Shown: piece by piece, positions 50,126-61,984 of the stretch
How positions within the stretch are numbered: position 1 is the first letter of the stretch
Layout: each line of letters starts with the position of its first letter
From: Spirochaetia bacterium
Lineage (GTDB): Bacteria; Spirochaetota; Spirochaetia; SZUA-6; Bin103
Reading direction: 5' to 3'
NCBI GenBank assembly: GCA_965208575.1
Contig: CBDBOV010000004.1
Span: 1,280,001 to 1,344,000 of the forward strand
Length of the DNA: 64,000 nt
Program-made: the position numbers and the translations under genes
The notes under the pieces: model-generated
What the model was told of the DNA's origin: nothing
Database searches by the model: none
The model's input: the letters and a program-made list of their open reading frames with translations, nothing else

Positions 50126-51030
50126 TGCAGATTCCATTCGTCAAGATGCACGGCATCGGCAACGATTACGTCTACCTGGACCGTGCCTCGCGCCAGCGCG
50201 AACCGGCGTCGCGCCGCCGCGAGCGCGTGGCGGACACGCCCGAGTGCGCCGCGCCCGAGGTGGCGGAGGAACAGTGGCCGGCGCTTGCGCAGGCGATCGC
50301 CGACCGCCACTTCGGCGTCGGCGGCGACGGGCTGGTGCTGATTCTGCGCGGCGACGCCGAGCCGCTGCGCATGCGCATGTTCAACGCGGACGGATCGGAG
50401 GCGGAGATGTGCGGCAACGCAATCCGCTGCGTGGCGCGCTATGCGCGCGACAGCGGCCTGGTGGAGGGCGATCGGTTCAGCATCGAGACCATGCGCCGCG
50501 CGGTCGCCATGGAAATGCTTGGCGACGGGCGCGTGTGCGCCGACATGGGCGCCCCGATGACGCTCGACAACGGCGCCGAGCTCACGCCCGCGCCGCGCTG
50601 CCCCGAGACACTGACCATCGACGGCGTCGAGCGGGAATTCACCCCGGTGAGCATGGGCAATCCCCACGCGGTGGTGTTCGTGGACGATCTCGACTTCGAC
50701 CTGGCGGCGGTCGGCACGCGGTGGGAACACCATCCGCGCTTCCCGCAGCGCACCAACACCGAGTTTGTGGTGCCGCTGGCCCGCGACCGGCTGCGCATGC
50801 GGGTGTGGGAACGCGGCAGTGGAGAAACCCTGGCCTGCGGCACCGGAGCGTGCGCCGCGGCCGTGGCGGCCGTGGTCACCGGACGCGCCGAGCGCCGGGT
50901 CACGCTGCACCTGCGCGGCGGCGACCTGGAGATCCACTGGTCGCCGGACGACAATCACGTATACATGACCGGGCCCGCGGCGTACGTATTCAGCGGCACG
51001 TTCACCTGGCACACGACGGAGCAACCATGA
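50122..51030 (+). CDS. dapF: Diaminopimelate epimerase
   Basis: KMHGIGNDY, EMCGNAIRC, SMGNPH, ERGSGETLACGTG. Confidence 0.95.
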   Translation: MMQIPFVKMHGIGNDYVYLDRASRQREPASRRRERVADTPECAAPEVAEEQWPALAQAIADRHFGVGGDGLVLILRGDAEPLRMRMFNADGSEAEMCGNAIRCVARYARDSGLVEGDRFSIETMRRAVAMEMLGDGRVCADMGAPMTLDNGAELTPAPRCPETLTIDGVEREFTPVSMGNPHAVVFVDDLDFDLAAVGTRWEHHPRFPQRTNTEFVVPLARDRLRMRVWERGSGETLACGTGACAAAVAAVVTGRAERRVTLHLRGGDLEIHWSPDDNHVYMTGPAAYVFSGTFTWHTTEQP

Positions 51031-52214
51031 GTCGCAATCCAACCTACGCCAGCCGGCGTCTCGCCGGCCTCGGCAGCTACGCCTTCGCCGAGGTCGGCCA
51101 GGAAGTCGCCAAGCTGCGCGCGCGCGGCATCGAACCGATCGACTTCGGCGTCGGCGATCCGACCGTCCCGACGCCGGAGATCGTGCGCCGCGCCACCGTG
51201 CGCGGAGTCGAGGAGCGGCAACGCGCCGGCTATCCCAGCTACATCGGCGAGGCGGCGTTCCGGATCGCCGTCGCCGACTGGACCGGCCGGAGATTCGGCG
51301 TCGCGCTCGACCCCGAGAGCGAAGTCTCGGCCACCATCGGCGCCAAGGAGGCGGTGTTCAACTTCCACGAGGCATTCGTGGACCCGGGCGACGTGGTGCT
51401 GTGCCCCTCCCCCGGCTATCCGCCCTACAGCCGCGGCACGCTGTTCGCCGAGGGCGAGCCGTACCACCTGCCGCTGACCGCCGAGCGCGGCTACCTGGTG
51501 GATCTCGGCGCCATTCCCACCGACGTCGCGCGGCGCGCGAAGGTGCTGTGGATCAACTATCCCAATTCACCCTCCGGCGCGGTCGCCCCGCGGTCGTTCC
51601 TGCAGGAGGTGCTGGAATTCGCCGCCTCCCACGACCTGATCGTGGCCTCCGACGAAGCGTACTCGGAGATCTACTTCGGCGCGCCGCCGCTGTCGATGCT
51701 GAACGTCGGCAAGGAGCGGGTGCTGGTGTTCAACTCGCTGTCCAAGCGGTCCGCGATGACCACCTACCGGATCGGCTGGGTCGCCGGCGACCCCGAACTG
51801 GTGGCGCTGTTCCGGCAGGTCAAGACCAACATCGACTCCGGTACCCCGACGTTCATTCAGGACGGCGCGGTGGCCGCCCTCGGCGACGAGAGCCACGTGC
51901 GCGCCTTTCGCGAGCAGTACCGCCGCAAGCGCGACCTGCTGTGCGCGGCGCTGGTCGAGGCGGGGCTGGCCGACTGCCGGCCGGACGCGTCGCTGTACGT
52001 GTGGCAGCGCGTGCCCGAGCACCTGAGCTCGGTGGAGTTCGCCACCGCCCTGCTGCATCCGGAGATCGCCATCGTGACCACTCCGGGCGCCTGGATCTCC
52101 GACGCCAACCCCGGCGAGGCCAACCCCGGCGAGGGCTACGTGCGCTTCGCCCTGGTGCCGTCGGAGGAGCAGACGCGGCGCGCCGCCGACCTGCTGCGCA
52201 TGGCATCGTTCTAA
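51027..52214 (+). CDS. dapL: Class I/II PLP aminotransferase, probably LL-diaminopimelate aminotransferase
   Basis: GVGDP, NYPNSPSG, DEAYSE, SLSKR, VKTNIDSG; lies in the lysine operon. Confidence 0.75.
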   Translation: MSRNPTYASRRLAGLGSYAFAEVGQEVAKLRARGIEPIDFGVGDPTVPTPEIVRRATVRGVEERQRAGYPSYIGEAAFRIAVADWTGRRFGVALDPESEVSATIGAKEAVFNFHEAFVDPGDVVLCPSPGYPPYSRGTLFAEGEPYHLPLTAERGYLVDLGAIPTDVARRAKVLWINYPNSPSGAVAPRSFLQEVLEFAASHDLIVASDEAYSEIYFGAPPLSMLNVGKERVLVFNSLSKRSAMTTYRIGWVAGDPELVALFRQVKTNIDSGTPTFIQDGAVAALGDESHVRAFREQYRRKRDLLCAALVEAGLADCRPDASLYVWQRVPEHLSSVEFATALLHPEIAIVTTPGAWISDANPGEANPGEGYVRFALVPSEEQTRRAADLLRMASF

Positions 52215-52277
52215 CGGCCCGTTCCACCGCGCCGCCGAGCTTGCCGCCGGGCGCCGTCTGCTTCTAGACTGTTGAGC

Positions 52278-52724
52278 GTGGATCGCCTGTTCGACCGCCT
52301 CGGTGACATGCTGCGCGCGGTGCTCGGCGGCGACGGCGCCGGTGCCGCCGAGCGCGGCGCGCAACGCCGGCGGCCGCTGCACACCGACGACCCCGACCTG
52401 GCCGCCGCCTGGGACGAGCTGGAGAGCTTCCTCGACGGGGACGACCAACCCGCGCACGGCGGCCCCTCGTCCGCGTCCGGTACGACCGGGGCCGGCGCGC
52501 CGCATCCACGCGAGCCGCTGCGCGCCGACTACGCGACGCTCGGCGTGGCCTTCGACGCGCCGCTGAACGAGGTGAAGCGCGCCTACAAGCGCCTGATGCA
52601 GGCCCACCACCCCGATCGTTTCGCGCACGACCCCGCCCGCCAGGCCGACGCCACGCGCAAGGCGGCCCTGATCAACTCCGCATTCGCGCGCATCGAGCGG
52701 GAGGTACGCGCCGCGCGCGAGTAG
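52278..52724 (+). CDS. Protein with a C-terminal J-domain
   Basis: YATLGV...VKRAYKRLMQAHHPDRF; TAGACT box 7 nt before the GTG. Confidence 0.85.
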   Translation: MDRLFDRLGDMLRAVLGGDGAGAAERGAQRRRPLHTDDPDLAAAWDELESFLDGDDQPAHGGPSSASGTTGAGAPHPREPLRADYATLGVAFDAPLNEVKRAYKRLMQAHHPDRFAHDPARQADATRKAALINSAFARIEREVRAARE

Positions 52725-52815
52725 CGCGCTGCCCCGGCCGCGGCGGCCGCGACGCGACTGCCGCGACACCGGCGGGTGACGGACGGTTACGCCCTGCGCT
52801 ATAGTGCAGGCCACG

Positions 52816-53967
52816 ATGATGACCGGTGACGCCAGCCAAAGCGCGGTACTGGCGGCCGTAATGGCTGCGGTCGTCGTGACCGCGTGGCTGGTCAACGGTC
52901 TGCTCACGCCGGCGGTGACCCGCCTCGCCCACCGCCACAAGTGGTACGACATACCGGATTCGCGCAAGCTGCACACCGGCCTGATTCCGCGCATCGGCGG
53001 GCTTGCCATCTTCGTTTCCATGGCGCTGGCGATCGGCCTCGGGTTCACCGGCCTCGACCTCCTGGACCGGCTGGCCGCGACGCCGCCCGGGCCGCTCATT
53101 GCCGCCGCCGTCGGGGTGGCGATGATCTTCGCCGTCGGGCTGTACGACGACTTCGTACCGCTGCGCGCGCGCACCAAGCTGCTCCTGCAGGTGATCGCCG
53201 CCACCGTCGTCGCCGCCAGTGGCATGCGCGTCGACAGTATCGCCATTCCGCTGCTCGGCAACCTGCACCTCGGCGGCATGGCCGTTCCCCTGACCGTGTT
53301 CTGGATCGTGGGAATGACCAACTCGGTAAACCTGATCGACGGCATCGACGGCCTGGCCGGCGGCATCTCGGCGATTGCCGCGGCCTGCATGGCGATCATC
53401 GCGCTGCTGCAAGGCCACCTGCTGACCGCCCTGGTGGCGTTGGCGCTGTTCGGCGCACTCGGCGGCTTCCTGCTTCACAACTGGCCGCCCGCGTCGATCT
53501 TCATGGGCGACTCCGGCAGCCATCTGCTCGGCTTCGCGCTGGCCATACTCCCGTTCCTGGACATTGGCGGCGCCGCCACCCTGGGCACCCTCGTGGTACC
53601 CGCGACGCTGGTGCTGATCCCGATCGTGGACTGCGGCGCCGCCACCGTGCGCCGCATCCGCCAACGGCGCTCGGTCGGTTCGGCCGACACGGACCACATT
53701 CACTACGTCCTGCGTGCCCTCGGCATGTCGGACCGCAAGATTCTGCTGGCCGTGTACTCGGTGTGCGGCTACCTGGCCGTCGTGGCAATCACCACCACCC
53801 TGCTGCTGCGCGGCACGGCCCTCTACCTGTTCATGTTCATGGTGTCCTGGGCCGGCGTGCTGCTCGCCTACGGCATCCTGGTGGCGCTGCACGCCCATCG
53901 CAGGCAGCGCCGCGGCGAAACCGGCTTTCAACGCGACGCCGGCAGCAACGGCCCGCGGCAGGCGTAG
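52816..53967 (+). CDS. WecA/TagO-like undecaprenyl-phosphate GlcNAc-1-phosphate transferase (MraY/WecA family)
   Basis: PRIGGLAIF, GLYDD, NLIDGIDGLAG, FMGDSGS, DHIH. Confidence 0.9.
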   Translation: MMTGDASQSAVLAAVMAAVVVTAWLVNGLLTPAVTRLAHRHKWYDIPDSRKLHTGLIPRIGGLAIFVSMALAIGLGFTGLDLLDRLAATPPGPLIAAAVGVAMIFAVGLYDDFVPLRARTKLLLQVIAATVVAASGMRVDSIAIPLLGNLHLGGMAVPLTVFWIVGMTNSVNLIDGIDGLAGGISAIAAACMAIIALLQGHLLTALVALALFGALGGFLLHNWPPASIFMGDSGSHLLGFALAILPFLDIGGAATLGTLVVPATLVLIPIVDCGAATVRRIRQRRSVGSADTDHIHYVLRALGMSDRKILLAVYSVCGYLAVVAITTTLLLRGTALYLFMFMVSWAGVLLAYGILVALHAHRRQRRGETGFQRDAGSNGPRQA

Positions 53968-54016
53968 CGGCGCGGGCCGTTGCCGCCGGCCGCGGCACCG
54001 TCAACCCGACGGTGAG

Positions 54017-55371
<1,355 letters not shown>

Positions 55372-55375
<4 letters not shown>

Positions 55376-56568
55376 ACCGCCTCCGCTACGAATCCGAGCA
55401 GCCGCTTCTCGGTCTGCGGCACCGGGATCGATATGGCGAACGTGCTGCCCGCGCCCGGCTTGCTGTCCAGCTCGATCTCACCCATGTGCTCCTTGACGAT
55501 CTTGTACACGAGCGTGAGCCCGAGTCCCGAACCGAAGTCGCGGGTCGTGAAGTAGGGCTCGAAAATCTTGCCCTGGATCTCCGGTGGAATGCCCGGCCCG
55601 GTGTCGCCGATACGGATGGTCACCGCGTCGGCGCCGGCGAACGACGACACCGACAACACCCGCGGACGGTCCCCTGACGGCATCTCCACCATCGCCGCGA
55701 TCGCGTTCTTGATCAGGTTGAGCAGCGCCTCGCGCAGGTAGCGCTGATCCAGCAGCACCTGCGGCAGCTCGCGCCCCAGGTCTTCGCGCAGTTCGATCTC
55801 CGCCTCCTTCAATTCGGGGCGCAGCAGCCGCAGCAGCTCCTCCAGAACCTCGTTCACCTCGCCGCTGGCCAGGTCCACGTTCATGGGACGCACCGCGAAC
55901 AGATAGTCCACCACGATCTGATTGAGGCGCGCGACTTCCTCTCCGATCACGTCGACCGCGTCGCGAATCGCCTCCCAGGCAACCGCGCCCAGGTCGTGCG
56001 GCTCGGCGCCGAGGTGCCGCTCGATCAACTGCAGGTGGATGCCTACCGCGCCAAGCGGATTCTTGATTTCGTGCGCCACGCCGGCGGTCAGCGTGGTCAG
56101 CGCGGCCAGCGACTCGGCGCGCCGCAGGCGCGCCTCGGTGGCGCGTCTCTCGGTGACGTCCTCGGCGTAAATCAGGTTGCCGGCCACCTGCCCCTCGTGG
56201 ACCAGCGGCAGCACCCCGAAGCTCAGCGTGCGCGTCGCACCCGCGCTGATCGTGAACTCGCGGTCGCGCACGGTGTCGCGCCGTTGCACCGTGTCGCGCA
56301 GGAACTCCGCAATCTCCTCGTCGGCAACCGCCCTCCAGACCCGCTGCTGGGCGTACTCGTGGCTGCGCAGCGGCACCAGGCGCACCGCCGCGCGATTGGC
56401 CAGCAGGATGTCGCCGTCCGTATTGGTCACCACGATGCCGCGCGCCATGGAGTCGAGCACCATGCCCAACAGGTCATTGTCGGATGCCAACTGGCGGAAC
56501 AGCCCGCGCAACTGGGGTTGGTCGATCTTGTCGAGCCGTTCCACCGCCCGCTGATAAAACCCCCGCAT
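55372..56568 (-). CDS. PAS sensor histidine kinase (Hk2-like)
   Basis: AHEIKNPL, NLIKNA, DTGPGI, GSGLGL. Confidence 0.93.
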
Positions 56569-56576
56569 CTCTCCCG

Positions 56577-57791
56577 CTACCCTCCTCGCACCGTGCCGGC
56601 GCTGCGCCCGAGCGCGCTGCCGAGGCTCTGCAGCGCGTGCCGCGGCTGGATGCGCAGCGCCGCCACCCGTGCCGCGCACTGATCGACCTGGCGCGCCCAA
56701 CCCTGCAGCAGCGCCGGTGAGCCGCCGCCGCGCAGGCGCACTAGCAGTTGCTCAGCCAACTCGTCCAGGAACACCAGCAGCCGTTCCCGCTCGACCCGCT
56801 GCGGCAGGCCGGCTGCCTCGGCGTAGCCGCCCGGTGGGCCGGCAACCCAGCCGTCGCGATGGTCGCCCGGAACGGTGGCGGCGGCCAGAAAGCGTTCCAC
56901 CTGCTCGCGCAACTCTCCCGTGTCCACCTCTCCCCAGGACAGGAAAAAGCCGCGCAGCGTGGCCTCCGGCGGCTCCTCGGTGCGAAAGATGCGCGCCAGC
57001 ACTTCGCGCTGATGGGCACGGCTGCGCTCGCGCAGCGCGTACTCGCGCAGCCGCGACCGCAGCGTCGGGATCAGGGCATCGGCGCGCCGCGCCAGCAGAA
57101 TCACGTAGGTGTCGGGCGGGGGTTCCTCCAGCAGCCGCAACAGCGCGTTGCGCGACGACTCGCCCAATCCGTCGGCATGCTCGATCAGCACCACCTTGCG
57201 CCCCTCCGGCCCGGCCAGGTGCAGCCAGCGCTCGACGTTGCGGATCTGGCTGATCGGCACGTTGTCGGTCTTGACGGTTGCGGCCAGCCTGGCTGCCTGC
57301 GCCTCGATCTTGTCACACCGCCCGGCAAGGGCGGCGCCGGCCAGCTCCGGGGTCAGTCCTTCCAGCAGCTCGTGCAACTCGGTCACCGGTCCCAGCGCCG
57401 GCCGCAGCCGCGACTCGTCACCCTCCCACAGGATGCGGTCGTAGCGGCGCGTCAACTTGCGCACGGCGCGCACGAAGAAGAAGTGGGCAGCCGGCGAACT
57501 CGACCGGCGCAGCAGGTCGGCGCCGGCGCGGATCTCCGCCAGCCAGTAGCGCCAGCCCAGCAGGATCAGGTACGGGTAGCTCAGGTCGCGCGCTCTCGCA
57601 CACGCCGCACAACTGCAGCCCCAGGCGCCGCTGCGCCGGCACGACAACCCGCGTGCCAGTTCCAGCGCCACCGACAGCTTGCCGCAGTACGCCGGGCCGC
57701 TCAGCAGCAGGGCGCGCGGCAACCGTCCGGACGCCAGCTCCGTTCTCAGCACGCCGGTAACGGCGGCGTGGCCTATGATGTTCTCGAACAC
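56577..57791 (-). CDS. DNA polymerase III delta-prime-like clamp loader subunit
   Basis: FENIIG, SGPAYCGK, CSCAAC, NALLRLLEEPP, TLRSR. Confidence 0.8.
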   Translation of the reverse strand: MFENIIGHAAVTGVLRTELASGRLPRALLLSGPAYCGKLSVALELARGLSCRRSGAWGCSCAACARARDLSYPYLILLGWRYWLAEIRAGADLLRRSSSPAAHFFFVRAVRKLTRRYDRILWEGDESRLRPALGPVTELHELLEGLTPELAGAALAGRCDKIEAQAARLAATVKTDNVPISQIRNVERWLHLAGPEGRKVVLIEHADGLGESSRNALLRLLEEPPPDTYVILLARRADALIPTLRSRLREYALRERSRAHQREVLARIFRTEEPPEATLRGFFLSWGEVDTGELREQVERFLAAATVPGDHRDGWVAGPPGGYAEAAGLPQRVERERLLVFLDELAEQLLVRLRGGGSPALLQGWARQVDQCAARVAALRIQPRHALQSLGSALGRSAGTVRGG

Positions 57792-57800
57792 GCTAACACG

Positions 57801-58298
57801 CTAGACGAACGGCGCCTCCTGCGCGGACGGCAGCGCCGGGAACGGCATGATGTCGAGCAACCGCGGCACCAGCAGTTCCTGCACCCGCGAGTCGGCAAAC
57901 CACGACTCGACGTCGACCACGGTCTGCACGTGCAGGAGAAACAGCAGCAGGTAGACCACGACCAGCCCCTCGGCGGCCCCCACCGCCAGCCCGAGGATGC
58001 GATCGAGCCCCTTCAGACGCATCGAGTTGAAGAAGCTCTCGAACAGCGCCTCCACCAGCTTGACCAGCAGGTAGCCGGCCACGAACAGCACCAGGGACGC
58101 CACCACCACGTTCCACCAGCCGTCGCCCCACCACTCGGCAAGTTGGCGCGCGGCCAGCGGGTGGCCAATGAAGGCGGCCGCAAGTCCCGCCGCGACCGCG
58201 CCGACGGAGAACACTTCCGCCACGAAACCGCGCACCGCCGCCCGTATTCCCGCCGCCAGCAAGATGACGCCGCACACCACGTCGATGGCCGCCATCAC
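57801..58298 (-). CDS. cvpA: CvpA family membrane protein
   Basis: RGFVAEVFS, LDRILGLAVGAAEG. Confidence 0.85.
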   Translation of the reverse strand: MMAAIDVVCGVILLAAGIRAAVRGFVAEVFSVGAVAAGLAAAFIGHPLAARQLAEWWGDGWWNVVVASLVLFVAGYLLVKLVEALFESFFNSMRLKGLDRILGLAVGAAEGLVVVYLLLFLLHVQTVVDVESWFADSRVQELLVPRLLDIMPFPALPSAQEAPFV

Positions 58299-59443
58299 TC
58301 CACTCCCGCACCGTGGCCGGGTGCCGCGCTCCCGCCCGCGGCGTGTCCGTCGCCGCCGGTCTGCGCCACGATCGCCGCAATGCGCCGCGCCGCCGCGCGG
58401 TCCGCCAGCGCCGCCATGGCGCGGCCCATGGCGGCGCGCCGCGCCGGATCGGTGCGCAACTCTTCCAACACCGCGATCAACTTCGCCGCCGACGCCTGCT
58501 CCTCCGGCATCGCCAGCGCCGCTCCGCGCTCGGCAAACAGCCGCGCGTTGGCAAGCTGCTCACCGCGGCTCTGCGTGCGCGGCAGCGGAATGAGCACCGC
58601 CGGCGTGCCGGTCGCGGCCAGCTCGCCGAGCGTATTGGCGCCGGCCCGGCTCACCACCACGTCCGCCGCCGCCAGCAGGTCGGCGAATCCTTCGTTCACG
58701 AACGTGACCGCCCGGTAGCGTCCCGCCGCCTCCGGCGGCACCCCGCCGCCGCGCGGTTGCCACGCCGGCCCGGTCTGATGCACCACGAACCAGTGCCGGG
58801 CGACGGCCGGCAGCGCGCCGTGGATCAACTCGTTGACGGCACGCGCGCCGCTGCTGCCGCCGGTGACCAGCAGCACCGGCAGCCCGTCCGGCACCGCGAG
58901 CCGCGCCCGCGCGCGCGCCGCGTCGCCCAACTCCAGGCCGGTGCGCAGGGGGTTCCCGGTAACGCGCACGCGGCCGTGCACGCGCGGCGGCAACAGGGCA
59001 CGGGTAGCATCGAAGGCAACCAGCACGGTACGGGCCATGGTAGCATTGATGCGCGTCGCAAGCGCAGGCGTGGCATCCGACTCGTGCGTGATCACCGGGA
59101 TGCGCAGCAGCCGCGCCGCGATTACCGGCGGCACGCTGACGTAGCTGCCCTTGGCGAACAGCACCGCCGGGCGCAGCACCGCCAGCAGGAGCAGTGCGCG
59201 CGCACAACCGGCCGCCACCAGCACCAGGTCGGAGAGGTTGCGCAGCGACAGGTAGCGGCGCAGCTTGCCCGCCGGAATGGCATGGAACGGCACGCCGGCG
59301 GCGCCTACCAGTTCGCGCTCGGACGGCAGCCGCGAGCCGATCCACGCTGCCTGCCAGCCGTGCCGGCGCAACTCGTCGATAACCGCGAGGCCGGGGATGA
59401 TGTGTCCGGCGGTCCCGCCGCCGGTGAACACCGCTAACGGCAT
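58295..59443 (-). CDS. murG: Lipid II GlcNAc transferase
   Basis: TGGGTAGH, HESD, TGNPLR, GGSSGA, SRAGANT. Confidence 0.95.
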   Translation of the reverse strand: MPLAVFTGGGTAGHIIPGLAVIDELRRHGWQAAWIGSRLPSERELVGAAGVPFHAIPAGKLRRYLSLRNLSDLVLVAAGCARALLLLAVLRPAVLFAKGSYVSVPPVIAARLLRIPVITHESDATPALATRINATMARTVLVAFDATRALLPPRVHGRVRVTGNPLRTGLELGDAARARARLAVPDGLPVLLVTGGSSGARAVNELIHGALPAVARHWFVVHQTGPAWQPRGGGVPPEAAGRYRAVTFVNEGFADLLAAADVVVSRAGANTLGELAATGTPAVLIPLPRTQSRGEQLANARLFAERGAALAMPEEQASAAKLIAVLEELRTDPARRAAMGRAMAALADRAAARRIAAIVAQTGGDGHAAGGSAAPGHGAGVE

Positions 59444-59505
59444 GCCGTGCCGGGCGCCGCCCGCCTGGCTTGCTTCACCCGTGCTCCGCCCGTAGGATGG
59501 CCGCC

Positions 59506-60303
59506 GTGACCACCGCCCGTTGCCGGCGCCGGCCGGGACCGCGCATCGTGCTGCCGGGCATGCTCCTCCTTGTCCTGACCGGCACCCTCGCCGACGCCGT
59601 GTGTCCATCGCAACTGGCGCGCGTGATACCGGACGGCGACACCCGGGCGCGGCTCCTGGCGGAGGGTCTGGAGGTGCCGCTGACCACCGCCGGTCCGGCG
59701 CTGACCCCGGAGCTGGCCGGCCGGGCGCTCATCGTCGAGTGGCTCAAAGCGATTCCGGTGACGTACGGGGCCGAAGTCCTGCGCCTCATCCCGCACGGCG
59801 GCGGCACAGGCTGCCGGTGGACCGATCTGTACAACCATCTACGCGCGGTGAGCACCTTGCAGGGCATCGAATACTACTCCGGAAGTCGCGGCTACCATCG
59901 TACGCTGTACCACAGGTCGTACGCCATAGCGGGACCCGACGACCGCACGCCGCTGCCCGATCCGGTGGCGAGCGCGGTGCCGGCGAGTGCCACGCTGTAC
60001 CTGGTCCAGGAAGACTCCACGTTCGGCAGCAACGTCTACCAGGCCGATTATCGGTTCGACGGCGCGACCATTACCATGCAGGTGCAAAACCTCACCACCA
60101 TGTGGTGGTCGATTCTTCCGCTGGTCAACCCGGGCGACTTCCGCAGCGTCCTGGCCGTCACTCCCACCGACCAGGGGCTGCTGTTCTACGCCGCGGCAGG
60201 AATCCATACGATCGCCATCGGTGGGGTACGGGAACGCAGCCAGACTTCGTTGCGCAACCGTCTCGATGCGCTGGAGCGCTGGCTGCGCGCACGCGTGCCA
60301 TAA
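59506..60303 (+). CDS. Exported hypothetical protein (spirochaete-type, possibly DUF6675-like)
   Basis: Signal-like N-terminus; VSTLQGIEYYS, QEDSTFG; TTGCTT-17-TAGGAT promoter-like sequence 7 nt before the GTG. Confidence 0.65.
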   Translation: MTTARCRRRPGPRIVLPGMLLLVLTGTLADAVCPSQLARVIPDGDTRARLLAEGLEVPLTTAGPALTPELAGRALIVEWLKAIPVTYGAEVLRLIPHGGGTGCRWTDLYNHLRAVSTLQGIEYYSGSRGYHRTLYHRSYAIAGPDDRTPLPDPVASAVPASATLYLVQEDSTFGSNVYQADYRFDGATITMQVQNLTTMWWSILPLVNPGDFRSVLAVTPTDQGLLFYAAAGIHTIAIGGVRERSQTSLRNRLDALERWLRARVP

Positions 60304-60315
60304 CCCGCACTCGCT

Positions 60316-61956
60316 CTACGCCGCCGCCGGGCCGACCGCCTGCAGGACGATCATCAGCACCCCGATCGCCGCCCCGATCACCGCCCCGAACAGCTTCACC
60401 CACTTCAGGTGGCGCTCCATGACGGTGAGCAGGAGCTGCTCCACCGCGCGCGCATCAAGAGAGTCGATCCTGGCCACCACCATCGCTTCGACGTCCACCG
60501 TGGCCAGCAGCGACGGCAGCCGGTCGGAGAGGAACGCGATGCTGCGCCGGGCCAGGAACCGGTCCAGCTCTTGCGCGGTGTCCGGTGCGACCGACACCAC
60601 GTCCTGCACGGTCGCGGAACCGGCGTCGGCGGCGTCGCCGAGCGCGCCGCTGACCATGCCGGGAATCTGCTCGGCCAGCCGGCTGGCGGTCTCCGGCCGG
60701 GCCAGTGCCGCCAGCAACAGGTTGGACAGGGCATCGGCCACCGCCGCCGGCTGCACGCCGAGGTGGCGCGCCGCCAGTTCAGCCACCGATGCGTCCTCCT
60801 GCTCGCGGTACCAGCCCTCGACCGCGCGCACCACCGGCGACCCGCCCGAGTTCGGCCCGTCGCCGGCCAGCGCGTCGAACACGCGGCGCACCAGGTGATC
60901 GACCAGCGCGTCGAGCTGCTCGGCGGTGTCTCCCGTCAGCTCGCGCACGCCGCGCTCTCCCCACCGGTTCAGGGCGCTGCGCGCCGCCGCCACGATCTGC
61001 TCCTGCACCGCGGGCGTGCCGGTCGCCGCCTCGGCCTGGGCGATCACGTCGGTCACGATCTCGGGCATGCGCTCACGGAGACTCTCGTCGTACTGCCCGA
61101 CGGTCACGAACATCCGCTGCATCACGTTGAGCTTGTCGAGAATGTCACGCAGCAGGGCGCGGCCGCGCACCTCCAGTTGGCGCCTCATCTCGGCACCGCG
61201 CAACCAGGTGAACAGCGCCTCCAGCAGCGCCGGCAGGTTGCGCTGCAACAGTTCGGCCAGCAGGTCGACCGTGTCGGGAGTAAGGAACCGGTTCAGCGGC
61301 GTGTTCTGTTCGCGGCGGCGGCGCAGCCACCGCCGCACCGCGGCAGCGACCTGCGCGCGAACGGCGCTCCCGGTCAGCGCCGGCAGCACGCCGCCGGCCA
61401 CCAGCCGGGTGAGCTGGTCGGCGGTTACCAGGTCGCGCAGCCGGCGCGCGCCGAGGTCGTCCACCAGCCGCTCCACCAGGGAGCGCACCCCGTAGATGAA
61501 CGCGCGCGAGCCGACCAGCCGGCGCAGCATCTGTTCCATGATCCGCCGCACCAGGTGCGGCCAGTCGATCGGGGCGCCGGTCTGCCCCGCGGGCGCCTCC
61601 CCGCCGCCGCGGCCGCCGCCGACCGCGGCCGCCAGGTCGGCCAGGGGCTTGCGCGCGATCGCCTCGCGCACGGTGCGGAACTGCGCCTCCAGCATACGGC
61701 CGAACGCCTCCGACTCAAGCCGCTCACGCAGCGTCTCGGCGGACAGCAGTTGGCGCGACACCATGCGGCCGATGCTGCGCGCGAGCTCTCCGCGGCGGCG
61801 CGGTATGATGCCCGGCGTCAGCGGCACCGGAATGCCGAACAGGTGCTTCCGCGTCAGCGGGCGAAACAGCATGCGGATGGCGAGCGCGTTGGTCAGGTAG
61901 CCGATGGCGCCGCCCCACACCAGCGGCAGCACCCAGTTGAGAATGATCGTCTGCAC
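60316..61956 (-). CDS. DUF445-family membrane-anchored protein
   Basis: GAIGYLTNALAIRMLFRP, TPGIIPRRR, FGAVIGAAIG. Confidence 0.85.
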   Translation of the reverse strand: MQTIILNWVLPLVWGGAIGYLTNALAIRMLFRPLTRKHLFGIPVPLTPGIIPRRRGELARSIGRMVSRQLLSAETLRERLESEAFGRMLEAQFRTVREAIARKPLADLAAAVGGGRGGGEAPAGQTGAPIDWPHLVRRIMEQMLRRLVGSRAFIYGVRSLVERLVDDLGARRLRDLVTADQLTRLVAGGVLPALTGSAVRAQVAAAVRRWLRRRREQNTPLNRFLTPDTVDLLAELLQRNLPALLEALFTWLRGAEMRRQLEVRGRALLRDILDKLNVMQRMFVTVGQYDESLRERMPEIVTDVIAQAEAATGTPAVQEQIVAAARSALNRWGERGVRELTGDTAEQLDALVDHLVRRVFDALAGDGPNSGGSPVVRAVEGWYREQEDASVAELAARHLGVQPAAVADALSNLLLAALARPETASRLAEQIPGMVSGALGDAADAGSATVQDVVSVAPDTAQELDRFLARRSIAFLSDRLPSLLATVDVEAMVVARIDSLDARAVEQLLLTVMERHLKWVKLFGAVIGAAIGVLMIVLQAVGPAAA

Positions 61957-61984
61957 GAAATCCCGCGGCCCGCCGCCCGCCGCG

